64,000 nucleotides of DNA from an uncultured Actinomycetes bacterium (GCA_963755855.1 CAVWLR010000007.1:62984-126983), one strand, 5' to 3'; numbered from the stretch's first letter, positions 50,580-61,225 are shown. Made by a program: numbers and translations. The notes: generated by a model not told the origin, from the sequence alone.

Positions 50580-52151
50580 CTAGGTGCCGAGGATCTCGTA
50601 CTCGCTGATCTCGAGCGTCTCGTCGGTGGGGTGGGCGGCCACGTCGTCGTCGCTGCCGTGCGCGGGGAGCCACTTCCACGCGATGAACGCACCGAACACG
50701 ATGAACGCGGCGGCGACGGGATACGTGATGCGCATCGCCTCGACGAACGCCTGGCGCGACAGTTCGATCAGCGCCGCCCCCTGCTTCGCCGGCAGCGTGC
50801 TGGCGTAGTCGAGTGCCTGGCCGATGGAGCCGTGCAGCGCCGCCGCCGAGGCCGCGGGCAGTCCCTTCGTCTTGTCGGCGTAGTGGTGGTACGAGCTGAG
50901 GAAGAGACTGCCGATGACGGCGATGCCCAGCGCACCACCGGTCTGGCGGGTCGTGTCGTTGATCGCCGATCCCACACCGGCGCGGGCGGCGGCAGCGATC
51001 CCATGATCGACTCCGTCGCCGGCGCCGAGGTGAGACCGAGACCGATGCCGAAGAGCAGCCGCACCACGCAGCCGCCGACGAACGACGACATGATCGTGTT
51101 CGACGCGTAGAGCACCATCGTCGCCGCGATCATCAACGAGCCGATCACGACGACCCACTTGGTGCCCCAGCGGAACACCAGCTTCGGCGCGTTGGGCGAC
51201 GTCGCCATCATGCCGACGGCAACCGGGAGGGCGAGGAGTCCGGCCTCGAACGGCGAGTAGCCGAGCACGAACTGGAAGTACTGGGTGAGCAGGTAGAGCG
51301 AGCCGTAGAGCGCGAACGACGTGAGGGTGAGGACCGCCGAGGCGGCCGAGAACCGCGCGTTGCGGAACACGCGCAGGTCGATCATCGGTTCGGCGGTGTG
51401 GGTCTCCCACCACGCGAAGGCGCCCAGGAAGAGCAGCCCGATCACGAACGACGCCAGGATGTCGGTGGTGATGGTCGACTTGTCGCCCACCCGGATGATC
51501 GCATAGAGCAGGGCGACCAGCGTGAGGATCGACAGCAGCGCGCCGATCGGGTCGAGCGGCCGGTTGTCGGGATCGCGCGACGTGGGGATGAAGAAGAACC
51601 CGAGGACCAGGGCGGCGGCGCAGATCGGGATGTTCACGAAGAACACCGCGCCCCAGTCGAAGTGCTCCACCAGGATGCCGCCGAGCATCGGGCCGAGCGC
51701 CACCCCGATCCCCGAGACGCCGGCCCACACCCCGATGGCCTTGGCCCGCTCGCGCCCCTCGAACGTGTTGGTGAGGATCGACAGCGTGGTCGGGAAGATG
51801 AACGCGGCACCGATGCCCATGAGCGCCCGGGCGGCGATGAGCATGTCGGGTGACGTCGCGAACGCGGCGAGGCCCGAGAACCCACCGAACAGGATCAACC
51901 CGATGGTCAGCGCACCCTTGCGGCCGTACTTGTCACCGAGCGCGCCGGCGATGAGCAGCAGGCTCGCGAACACGATGATGTACGAGTCGAGGATCCACTG
52001 CAGGTCGGAGCCGGTGGCGCCGAGGTCGCGCACGATCGTCGGCAGCGCGACGTTGAGGATCGAGTTGTCGATCACGATGACGACGAGCGACATGCACAGG
52101 ACGCCCAACGTCCACCAACGACGCTCGTAGGCCTTCTCCGCGCTCGAGCAT
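50580..52151 (-). pseudogene. MFS drug:H+ antiporter, DHA2 (EmrB/QacA, 14-TMS) type, two frame breaks (near 52140 and 51000)
   Basis: ...WWTLGVLCMSLVVIVIDNSILNVALP...ALGDKYGRKGAL.... Long TM array. The C-terminus is in the ORF 50580..51728 frame. Confidence 0.85.
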
Positions 52152-52187
52152 CCGACCGGGTCTGCTCCTGCTCGCCGCCTGCTACTA

Positions 52188-52203
52188 TTAACCGTCTAGT
52201 TAA
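52188..52203. promoter_or_regulatory. Inverted repeat TTAAC-n6-GTTAA, candidate TetR operator
   Basis: Lies in an AT-rich island (CTACTATTAACCGTCTAGTTAACAACTTTA) between the divergent MFS and TetR starts. Confidence 0.35.
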
Positions 52204-52228
52204 CAACTTTACCCGCCGGAGCGTCGAC

Positions 52229-52814
52229 GTGGCAAACCGCGATCCCGAGGCCACCAAGGCGCGGATCCTCGCCGCCGCCGTCCGCGAGTTCTCGGCCAAG
52301 GGCATCTCCGGCGCCCGCGTCGACGCCATCGCGGAGCGGGCTCGCGTCAACAAGCGGATGCTCTACTACTACTTCGAGTCGAAGGAGGGCCTGTTCCGCG
52401 AGATCCTCCGTCGTCGCCTCGCCGAGGGGGCGACGAAGCTGCTCGCGAGCGACGTGTCCGACCCCGATCGCCTCGCCGAACGCACCGAGCGGCTCCCCGG
52501 CCAGCGGGAGTACATGCGCCTCACGATGTGGGAGGCGCTCGAGACCGACCCCGACCGCCCGGTCAACGAGGATCTGCGCCGCGCGCTCTACGACGGCTGG
52601 GTCGAGGCGGTGCGCGAGGAGCAGCGCGCCGGCAACCTCCCCGACAGACCTCGACGCCGCCCAGCTCGTCCTGAGCGAGCTGTGCCTCACCATGGGCCCG
52701 TTCCTGCTCCCCCAGCTGACCCAGCTGGTCACGGGCAGGTCGGTCAAGGATCCGGAGTTCCTCGCCGAGCGCGAGGAGTTCCTGCGCGCGTTCACGCGCC
52801 GGCTTTCGGGCTGA
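52229..52814 (+). pseudogene. TetR-family regulator, one frame break near 52645
   Basis: HTH region ILAAAVREFSAKGISGARVDAIAERARVNKRMLYYYFESKEGLF. After the shift: ...DLDAAQLVLSELCLTMGPFLLPQL...FTRRLSG, TGA 52812-52814. Confidence 0.8.
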
Positions 52815-52879
52815 GCCAGGGACGCGACTCGGGCCCGGTCGGTCGACCGGGCCCGAGCAGCAACGCGTGCGAAAAAGGC

Positions 52880-54080
52880 CTAGAGCGCGGCCTTCTCGAG
52901 GATGTGGATGCCGCAGGACGAGCCGAGGCCGATGACGTGGGCCATGCCCACCTTGGCGCCCTCGATCTGGCGGTCGCCCGCCTCGCCGCGCAGCTGCGTG
53001 GTGATCTCGAACACGCCGGCGGCACCGGTCATGCCGATCGGGTGGCCCTTCGACAGCAGACCGCCGGAGACGTTGACCGGCATCGTGCCGTCACGCCACG
53101 GGGCCTTCTTGTCGATGAACTCGCCCGCGCCACCCGGCTCGCAGAGCCGCAGGTTGTCGTAGTGGATGAGCTCGGCGGTGGCGAAGCAGTCGTGCAGCTC
53201 CACCAGGTCGAGGTCTTCCGGTCCGACGCCGGAGAGCTCGTAGGCCTTGTCGGCCGCGTTGCGGGTGAGCGTGTTGACGTCGGGCTGCGACTCGCCGCCC
53301 TCCGACCACGGGTCGCTGGTGAGCACCGACGCGCTGACCTTCACCGCGCGCTTCTGCTGCTCGAGCGACAGGGTCCTGAGCTTCGACTCGGACACGAGCA
53401 CGATCGCCGCGGCACCGTCACCGGTGGGGCAGCACATCGGCAGCGTGTTCGGGTACGAGATCACGCGGGCGTCCATGATCTCCTCGAGCGTGAACACCTT
53501 CTTGTACTGCGCGAGCGGGTTCAGCGCCGAGTGCTCGTGGTTCTTCTCCGCGACCTTGGCGAACTGCTCGAAGCCGACGCCGTCGTTCTCGTAGGCGTAC
53601 TCCATGCCCGCCTGGCCGAACACCGCCGGCATGGTGCCGGAGCCGAGCCAGCCGTCGACCGGCATGACGCCGCCGAAGCGGCCCGACAGGCTCGAACTTG
53701 TTGGCGCCGTCGCGTGCCGAGTTGCCGGCGAGGAGGCCCATCTTGCCCATCTGCTCGGCGCCGATGGCGAGCCCGAAGTCGGCGTTGCCGGCCTGGATCT
53801 CGACCAGCGCGGTGCGCACCGCGGTGGCGCCGGTGGCGCACGCGTTCACGACGTTGTAGATCGGGATGCCGGTCTGGCCGATCTGCTTGGCGACCTGCTG
53901 GCCGATGCCGCCCATGTTGAACATGCTCCCGGCCGCGAGGACCTCCATGTCGTAGATGGAGACGCCGGCGTCGTCGAGCGCGTTGAACGTGGCCTCCGCG
54001 GCCAGGTCGACGACGTCCTTGTCGGGGTAGCGACCGATCTTGGTCATCGAGGCGCCGAGCACCCAGACGGATTCACCCAT
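52880..54080 (-). pseudogene. SCP-x / nonspecific lipid-transfer-type thiolase (Ltp-like), one frame break near 53690
   Basis: Starts MGESVWVLGASMTKIGRYPDKD. Contains NVVNACATGATAV (Cys nucleophile) and ...GGLLSKGHPIGMTGAAGVFE...GLGSSCGIHILEKAAL. Confidence 0.85.
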
Positions 54081-54112
54081 TGGAACGCTCCTTCTCTTGG
54101 TGTGACCGGGAC

Positions 54113-54511
54113 TCAGACGGGCTCGAAGCCGAACACGACGGCCTCGGTGCCTTCGTCGTCCGTACCGGCGACGAACGTCGTGAGCTGCACCTTCATTCCG
54201 AGCGACACGTGCTGCGGGTCGGGCTCGACGTTGACCACGTTGGCCTTCACGTCACCGCCGCCGTCGAGGTCGACGACCGACGACACGTACGGCACCGGCA
54301 CGCCCGGGGCGGCCTGGTGCACGATGGCGAAGGAGCGCACGACACCTGTGGTGCCGAGGCGCTTCTTGGTGAACTCACGGTTGGCGCAGCGGCCGCAGGC
54401 GTTGCGCCGGTCCCAGAACAGCGCACCGCACTTGGTGCACTCGTTGGCCTCCAGGTGCGGGTCGCCGTCGTCGAGGACGAGGTAGTCGACGATCGGGATC
54501 TGGTCTGCCAT
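54113..54511 (-). CDS. DUF35 OB-fold / zinc-ribbon protein (thiolase partner)
   Basis: CTKCGALFWDRRNACGRC zinc ribbon followed by an OB-fold-length C-terminus. Immediately upstream of the Ltp-like thiolase. Confidence 0.8.
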   Translation of the reverse strand: MADQIPIVDYLVLDDGDPHLEANECTKCGALFWDRRNACGRCANREFTKKRLGTTGVVRSFAIVHQAAPGVPVPYVSSVVDLDGGGDVKANVVNVEPDPQHVSLGMKVQLTTFVAGTDDEGTEAVVFGFEPV

Positions 54512-54573
54512 GGAGTGTCCGCTTCCCCCGGGATCAAAGGTGCGCTGGATCAAAGGCGTGTCAGCACTCGACG

Positions 54574-56603
54574 CTAGCCCTTGGTCCCGCTGCCGACCAC
54601 CTCCGGATCCTGGCCCGGCGCATCTTGGGGCCCGTCCTCGGCGGGCTCGTCCGGGTCGGCGTCCAGGTGCGCCATCCACGCCTCGAACATCTCGGCGTAG
54701 CGACCACCCGGGATGGCGACGAGCTCCTGGTGCGAGCCGAGCTCGATGATCCGACCGTCGTCGACCACCGCGATGCGGTCGGCGCGCATCGCCGTGGAGA
54801 GGCGGTGGGCCACGATGATCGCGGTGCGGCCCTCCAGCACCGCGTCGAGGCCGGCCTCCACCTGGGTCTCCGACTTGAGGTCGAGGTTCGAGGTCGCCTC
54901 GTCGAGCACCAGCACGCGGGGGGATGCGAGGAAGGCACGGGCCAGGGCGACGAGCTGGCGCTCGCCCGACGACATGGAGACGCCGCGCTCGTGCACCGGC
55001 GTGTCGATCCCCTCCGGGCAGGCGCGCGATGAGGTCGGTGAGGCCCACGCGGTCGATCGCCTCCGTGATCTCGTCGTCGGTGGCGTCGGGACGCGGCGAA
55101 CGCGACGTTGTCGCGCATGGTCCCCGCGAAGAGGAACGGCTCCTGCGGCACCACCCCGAGCTGGCGACGCAGCGAGTCGATGGTGACGTCGCGCAGGTCG
55201 TGGCCGTCGATCGCGACGAGTCCCTCGGTGGGGTCGTAGAAGCGCGTGACGAGCTTGGCGATCGTCGACTTGCCCGCGCCGGTGGGGCCGACGAGCGAGA
55301 TGGTCTCGCCGGCGGCGATGTCGAGGTCGACGTCCTGCAACACCGGCTTGGCCGGGTCGTAGGCGAACGACACGTCCTTCAGCGTGACCGCGCCCTCGAT
55401 CGGCGGCAGCACCTCGGCGTCCTCGGACTCCTCGACCGTGGGGTGGGTCACGAGCAGCTCGTCGAGCTTCGTGATCGCGGCCTGGCCCTGCTGGTACAGG
55501 TTGTACTGCTGCACCAAGCGACTGGATGGGCCCGAAGAACGAGTTCAGGTAGAGGATGAACGCGGTGAGCTCACCGATGGTGAGCGTGCCGTCGCGCACC
55601 ATGTTGCCGCCGATGAGCAGCAACGCGGCCTGGCCGAGCAGCCCGACGAACTCCGAGCACGCGCCGTACGTCGCGGCGATGTGCGCGGTGTGGTCGTTGG
55701 CATCGCGGTACACGCCGGTGACGTTGCGGTGCTGCAGCACGTTGTGGCGCGCCCGGTTGAAGCCGGTGACCACACGCACGCCCGACAGGCTCTCGGACAG
55801 GTCGCTGAGCACGCTGGCGATCCCGTCGCGCACGCGGTTGTAGCCCTTGTCGGACGCGGCGCGGAACCACAGCGACAGCCCGGTGAGCACCGGGACGATC
55901 ATGAGCAGCGTGATCAGCGTGAGCTCGACGTTGTAGAAGAACAGCACCACGGTGACGATCACCATCGTGAGCCCCTGCAGCGCGAACTGCGGGAGGCCGT
56001 CCTGCAGGAGCTGCTGCAGCGACTCGATGTCGCTCGTCATGCGGGTCATGATCACGCCCGCCTTCTCGTCGGTGTAGTAGTCGAGCGAGAGGCGTTGCAG
56101 GTGCGCGAACGTGCGGACCCGCAGCTCGAACATCACGCGCGACGCGACCCGTCCGGTGGTGGCGACCCGGGCGCCGCTCGCCACCGCCGACACCACGACC
56201 GCGAGGATGGCGATGGTGCCGATGATCGCCAGTGCGGTCCAGTCGTGCGGGTGTGATGCCGTCGTCGATGCCCTTCTGGCTGAGGAACGGGCCCGCCTGC
56301 ACGCAGAGCGCTTCGACCAGGATGAAGCAGCCCCGAGAGGGTCATCATCCGCCGGTGCGAGCGGAGCATGCGCCGCAGGCTGACGCCGGTCTCCTTCATG
56401 CGGTGGGTGAACGTGCCCTCCGACGCGTGCCAGCGCGCGTCACCCTCGAGGTCGGGCTCGTCGGCGAGCAGCTTCTCGACGCCCTGGCGCATCTCCCACG
56501 GGATGCCGGCGAACGGCAGGCCGTTGCCGGGGTTCCCCGGCGAGCCGCCGACCGCGCCGCCCATCGGCGCGCCGCCCGTGATGGTCCCTCCTCCCCAAGC
56601 CAT
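54574..56603 (-). pseudogene. ABC exporter, fused permease-ATPase (type I exporter half-transporter), frame broken about 5 times
   Basis: TMD then Walker A LVGPTGAGKSTIAKL, signature MSSGERQ and Walker B VLVLDEATS. Breaks near 56325, 56255, 55520, 55095 and 55015. Confidence 0.85.
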
Positions 56604-56612
56604 CGCTAATTG

Positions 56613-56725
56613 CCTCGCTCACTACGGAACGGGACACCACTCGACGAGGTCGGCGCGCACCCGTTCGCTCCGCGGCGAGCGGCTCCGCTCCTCCGTCGCT
56701 CCGCCGCCGCGTGCGCGTCTCGTCG
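56613..56725. repeat. REP-like GC-rich element between the two ABC genes, related to the 39051-39113 palindrome
   Basis: Shares CCTCGCTCACT (56613-56623) and CCGTTCGCTCCG (56661-56672) with the left arm of the 39-kb palindrome, split here by 37 nt. Also carries three CGCTCCG/GCTCCG copies and a CGCGCAC...GTGCGCG inverted repeat. Confidence 0.5.
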
Positions 56726-56733
56726 TTCGAACA

Positions 56734-58740
56734 TCAGTCCCGGTCCTGCATCTCGCCGATGTCGGCGTCGAGGACGCGGGAGCGCTCGACGTCGTCGGTC
56801 GCGACCGCGTCGAGGTCGACGCCGCCTCGGCTTCGAGGTCGACGTCGGGGTCGCCCTGGGCGAGGATCTCGGCGTAGCGGGGCTCGGTGGCGAGCAGCTC
56901 GGTGTGGGTGCCCTGGGCGATGATCCGGCCGTCTTCGACGACCGCGACCCGGTCGGCCAGGCTGATGGTGGAGAGCCGGTGGGCGATGATCAGCGTGGTG
57001 CGGTCGACCATGAGCTCGCGCAGCGCCTCGTGGATCTGCTGCTCGATCTGCACGTCGATCGCCGAGGTGGCGTCGTCGAGCACGAGGATCGGCGGGTTCA
57101 CGAGCAGCGTGCGCGCGATCGAGAGGCGCTGGCGCTGCCCGCCCGAGAGCGTGAAGCCCCGCTCCCCCACCACGGTGTCGTAGCCCTCCGGGCAGGGCCT
57201 GCACGAACTCGTCGGCGCCGGCGGCGAGGGCGGCGGCGCGCACGTCGTCGAACGAAGCGTCGGGTCGGCCGTAGGCGATGTTGTCGCGGATCGACACCGA
57301 GAAGAGGAACGGCTCGTCGAGGACCATGCCGATGTGGTGGCGCAGGCTCGGCAACGTGAGGTCGCGGACGTCGTGCCCGTCGATGCGCACCGCGCCACCC
57401 GACACGTCGTAGAAGCCGCGCCAGCAGTCGCGACGACGGTCGACTTGCCGCTGCCGGTACGACCGACGAGGGCGACGGTCTCGCCCGGGCGGAGGTGGAG
57501 CTCGAAGTCGTGGAGCACCGTCGGTGCCGTTGGCGTAGGTCGAACGACACGTCGTCGAAGTGCACGTCGCCGCGGCACTCGACCAGGTCGACGGCGCCGG
57601 GGCGGTCGACGACGTCGGGCTGCTCGTCGAGCACCTCGTAGATGCGCTGGGCCGACGCCGAGGCCCGCTGCCCCATCATGAGGATCATGCCGAGCTGGCG
57701 GAACGGCGGCTGGAGCATCAGGACGTAGGCGTTGAACGCGGCGATGTCGCCGATCGATCGCCTGGCCGTTGATGACGAGGTACCCGCCGTAGAACAGCAC
57801 GATCGCCTGACCGAGGCGCGGGCAGGTTCTCGATCAGCGGCGACCACTTGGCCCGGATGTCGGCGTCCTTGACGTTGGCCCACTCGGCGCGCATCGCGGT
57901 CCGGGTCAGGTGCTGCAGCTGCTGGTCCTCGGCCGCGAACGACTTGACCACGCGCACGCCGTTGATGTTCTCGTCGACCACGGTGGCGACGTCGGCGAGG
58001 CGCGACTGGATGAGCCACGACACCGGGAACATCTGCTTCCGCATCCGGACGCCGACGATGTACACGAACGGCATCGTCGACATCGTGACCAACGCGAGCG
58101 GCACGTTGATCGAGAGCATCTCGGCGAAGGCGAGGACCGCGACGCTGCACTGCACCATGATCGACGGCGCGAACGTGAGGTACATCTGCACCGAGCGGAT
58201 GTCGGAGTTCGCCCGGGAGATCAGCTGGCCCGACTGCACACGGTCGTAGAACGAGAACGACATGCGGCTGAGGTGCTCGTACATGATGTTCCGCAGGTCG
58301 TACTCGATGCGGTACGCGGTCTTCAGCAGGTAGTTGCGCGACAGGTACGTGAGCACGAACCGGATCGCGGCGAGGATCACGATGACGGTGACGAAGTACT
58401 CGAGCGTCGGTCCGCTCGTCTTCCCGAGCGCGTCGATCGCCTGCCCGACCTCGTTCGGGATCTGCACCTGCACCGCGAGGCCGAGGAACGAGGCCAGCAG
58501 CGAGAAGCCGAACATCCACTTGTGCGCGAGGACGACCGGCAGCATGCGCCGGATCCACGAACGGGACTTGTCGCCGCCGTCGGATCCTGTCGGCTCCTGA
58601 TCGGCGTCGTGGTCGCCGACCTTGTTCGCACTCGTGTCGGGCGCGATGTGCGCGCGCGGCGGCGGGTAGAGCGGCGTGACCCCGACCGGCACGAACGGCG
58701 ACGAGACGTCGGCGCCGAACGCGCCCATCTCGATCGTCAC
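56734..58740 (-). pseudogene. ABC exporter, fused permease-ATPase, frame broken about 8 times
   Basis: GTG overlaps the MarR stop (GTGA). TMD with ...IRRMLPVVLAHKWMFGFSLLASF.... Walker [14 protein letters not shown], signature [13 protein letters not shown] and Walker [10 protein letters not shown]. Ends ...IGEMQDRD. Confidence 0.85.
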
Positions 58741-59171
58741 TTGTCCTGCTCCAGTCGGGCTTCGCGGTTGCGGTCGAGCGCGAGGTTCCAGAGGTCGAGC
58801 CCGGTGGGTGGCTCGTCGAAGTAGCCGGAGATCTCGCCGAGGCGATCCTCGGCGGCGGCGTCGGCGGCCGCGAGGAGCTTGGCGCCGTCACGGGTCAGCA
58901 GCAGGGTGAGCCGGCGCCGGTCCTCGGGATCGGCCCGCCGCTCGACCAGACCCCGGCCGACAAGACCGTCGACCACGGCGGTGACCGACGGCGGGCTCAC
59001 CGCCAGGCGCCGGGCGAGCACCGACGACGCGGTGGAGCCCTCCCCGAGCAGGGCCAGCACCCGGTACTGCGGCAGCGAGAGGTCGAGCGGCCCGAGCGCC
59101 ACCTCCACCTGCTTGGCGAGACGGGCGACCGCCCGCGCCGCACCGGTGATCGTGCGCGCCCGCGTCACCAC
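58737..59171 (-). CDS. MarR-family regulator, first gene of the MarR-ABC-ABC operon
   Basis: Intact 144-aa ORF. Contains LSLPQYRVLALLGEGSTASSVLARRLAVSPPSVTAVVDGLVGRGLV. Confidence 0.85.
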   Translation of the reverse strand: MVTRARTITGAARAVARLAKQVEVALGPLDLSLPQYRVLALLGEGSTASSVLARRLAVSPPSVTAVVDGLVGRGLVERRADPEDRRRLTLLLTRDGAKLLAAADAAAEDRLGEISGYFDEPPTGLDLWNLALDRNREARLEQDK

Positions 59172-59281
59172 GGCTCACACGTCGTCCAGCGCCACATCAT
59201 TCGACCCCCACATGGTTAGGGTATCGAAGGATCTTGCGACCGGACCAGCCCGTCGGATCCGGGTGCGAGACTGCGGCGCAC

Positions 59282-59365
59282 GCGAGCGTGGCGGAACCGG
59301 CAGACGCGCCAGGTTTAGGTCCTGGTGTCCGCAAGGACGTGGGAGTTCGAGTCTCCCCGCTCGCA
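59282..59365 (+). tRNA. tRNA-Leu (anticodon TAG), type II with long variable arm
   Basis: Acceptor GCGAGCG/CGCTCGC, anticodon arm CCAGG-TTTAGGT-CCTGG, variable arm GTCC-gcaa-GGAC, T arm GGGAG-TTCGAGT-CTCCC, discriminator A. CCA is not encoded. Confidence 0.9.
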
Positions 59366-59371
59366 CGATCG

Positions 59372-59992
59372 TCAATGCGGAGCTTCGGCCTCGGCCAGCG
59401 CAGCCCTGCAGATCGCCCTCGCGTTCGATCGCATGGTCTCAACGGCGCGGCGTCGGGACAGTTGCGCGATGTCCGTGAGCCAGATCAGCGCCTCGATTCC
59501 TGTCGCACTCCGAATCGCAATCGCAGTACGACGCACGCCATCGTCACCGAGAAGGTCACGTGCGGGTTCGAGCGCCTCGGCCAACCACGCGATTGCACGC
59601 CCCTGGCGGAGCGGAAGCGACGCGCGCTCATCGTCGTCGGCGCTCAGCGAGAGACGCAGCATCGTGCGCTGTTGCGCCTCCGTGTCGACGATGATCTTGG
59701 TGAACACCTCGACCACGAGCGCGACCCGCTGCTCGGGATCATCCGGCGGATTCTTCGGGAGCAGTGACGATGCTCCCGTCTCCGGATGTGCGGCGGCCAG
59801 GAGCGCGGATTGGCTCGGGAAGTACCGGTAGGCGGTGGCGCGCGAGATGCCACAGTCCGCGGCCGCTTCCTCGACGGTTGGCGCCAGGCCCCGCGCGACG
59901 AGGTCCCGCGCTGCGTCGACGAGCGCCTGACGAGTTCGCTGCTTCTGCTGGATGCGACCGTGCTGTTCGTACGAAGTTGACACAGGGAGCAT
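59372..59992 (-). CDS. TetR-family regulator
   Basis: Intact 206-aa ORF. HTH LVDAARDLVARGLAPTVEEAAADCGISRATAYRYFPSQSALL. The stop lies 6 nt after the tRNA end. Confidence 0.85.
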   Translation of the reverse strand: MLPVSTSYEQHGRIQQKQRTRQALVDAARDLVARGLAPTVEEAAADCGISRATAYRYFPSQSALLAAAHPETGASSLLPKNPPDDPEQRVALVVEVFTKIIVDTEAQQRTMLRLSLSADDDERASLPLRQGRAIAWLAEALEPARDLLGDDGVRRTAIAIRSATGIEALIWLTDIAQLSRRRAVETMRSNARAICRAALAEAEAPH

Positions 59993-60015
59993 GATGATAC
60001 CGTGCTCTCTTCATG

Positions 60016-60027
60016 AGACTGCAGTCT
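60016..60027. promoter_or_regulatory. Perfect 12-bp palindrome AGACTGCAGTCT, candidate TetR operator
   Basis: Located in the 55-bp divergent region between the TetR gene (59992) and the cupin gene (60048). Confidence 0.4.
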
Positions 60028-60047
60028 TAGAACGGAAGGGTGGCGAC

Positions 60048-60527
60048 ATGGCAGCGAAGGCGATGGTGCGCAAAGCCGGCGAAGGCGACCGGCGCTGGTT
60101 TTCCGGCGGTGGCCTCCACACGTGGAAGGTCACGACGGAAGAGAGCGATGGTGCCTTCTTCCTCTTCGAGGACGAGTTGACGGAAGGGAAGATGACCCCG
60201 TGGCACTGCCACCCTGAGGCCGACGAGACGATCTACGTGCTCGAGGGCGAGATCGACGTGAACGTCGACGGCGAGGAACGACGCATCACCGCCGGTGCCA
60301 TGTGGCTGGCGCCGCGGGGTGTGCCCCACGCGTTCACCGTCCTGTCGCCCGTCGCGCGGCTGCTGTCGTTCCACGTACCCGGCGGAGCCCAGTCCTTCTA
60401 CTGGGATGCCAGCACGGCGGCCACCAACGGTGAACGCGGAACGGTCGACCTCGATCGCGTCCGCGAGGTCGCGGCTGCCACCGGCGCCACGACGGTGCTC
60501 GGACCCCCTCCGTTCGTCACGCACTGA
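60048..60527 (+). CDS. Cupin-domain protein
   Basis: ATG lies after GAAGGG. Contains WHCHPEADETIYVLEGE and PRGVPHAF cupin motifs. 159 aa. Confidence 0.75.
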   Translation: MAAKAMVRKAGEGDRRWFSGGGLHTWKVTTEESDGAFFLFEDELTEGKMTPWHCHPEADETIYVLEGEIDVNVDGEERRITAGAMWLAPRGVPHAFTVLSPVARLLSFHVPGGAQSFYWDASTAATNGERGTVDLDRVREVAAATGATTVLGPPPFVTH

Positions 60528-60563
60528 ACCGAAACTCACCTCGACGACGAAGACGGAGCTCTC

Positions 60564-60968
60564 ATGTCCACGAAGGCCGGATGCAACACAGCCGTCCTGG
60601 TCGCGCTCGCAGCGCTCACCACCGTGGTCGTGACGTCAGCCGCGCCGGCAGGAGCGCGCATCACCGCCAGCAACGACCGGTTCTGCAGCGTGTTGTCGAG
60701 CGACCAGGGGGCGGGAATCGACTTCGACGGCCTCGGAGCAACGGAAGCGCGCCTCGCCGCCAAGGTGATGCGCAAGGCCGCGAAGGCCGGCGTGCCGGCC
60801 AGACTGAAGGCGGATCTGTCGAGCATCGCTGCGGTCTACGACCGCATCGCCGACGGGGAGCCCACGGCAGAGGTGCTCGATGCTCCGCACCAGAAGGCGC
60901 TCCTTCCGCGTCTGACGCGGTTCGGCAAGTACGTGGCGGCGAACTGCATCGCGACGCCCAGCACCTGA
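60564..60968 (+). CDS. Hypothetical secreted protein
   Basis: 134-aa ORF with signal-like AVLVALAALTTVVVTSAAPAGA. Ordinary composition. No family recognised. Confidence 0.45.
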   Translation: MSTKAGCNTAVLVALAALTTVVVTSAAPAGARITASNDRFCSVLSSDQGAGIDFDGLGATEARLAAKVMRKAAKAGVPARLKADLSSIAAVYDRIADGEPTAEVLDAPHQKALLPRLTRFGKYVAANCIATPST

Positions 60969-61016
60969 CATCCACTTGTGTGCGAGGACGATCGGAACAT
61001 GCGCCGATCGACGGAG
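60968..61016 (-). pseudogene. Short relic homologous to the 5-prime region of the ABC exporter gene
   Basis: ACATCCACTTGTGTGCGAGGACGATCGGAACATGCGCCGATC aligns to 58512-58555 with about 40 of 44 identities and 2 gaps. The minus-strand reading ...PIVLAHKWM compares with ...PVVLAHKWM. Confidence 0.5.
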
Positions 61017-61167
61017 TGCTCGAGTCCTGGTGTCGGCACGCACGGTGAGGGGAACTCCGACCCACGTCACGGCATCGCGCCGATGTCGCGGACGGTCAGT
61101 GCGGCTGAGCCCTGACGCCACGTCACGCAGAAGGCAGACTGCCTTCGACGGCACAGACGGGGCGGAT

Positions 61168-61225
61168 GCAGGTTCAGGTCCTGGTGTCCGCAAGGACGTG
61201 GGAGTTCGAGACTCCCCGCTCGCAC
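61168..61225 (+). repeat. Duplicated 3-prime half of tRNA-Leu (att-like direct repeat, not a functional tRNA)
   Basis: 55 of 58 nt identical to 59309-59366 (anticodon arm through the acceptor 3-prime strand). No matching 5-prime acceptor strand or D arm upstream. Confidence 0.75.

Noticed and set aside
61131-61225. A second functional tRNA-Leu (anticodon CAG)
   Set aside because: Only the anticodon arm, variable arm, T arm and 3-prime acceptor strand are present. No GCGAGCG 5-prime acceptor strand or D arm lies upstream, and the first anticodon-stem pair is G-G.
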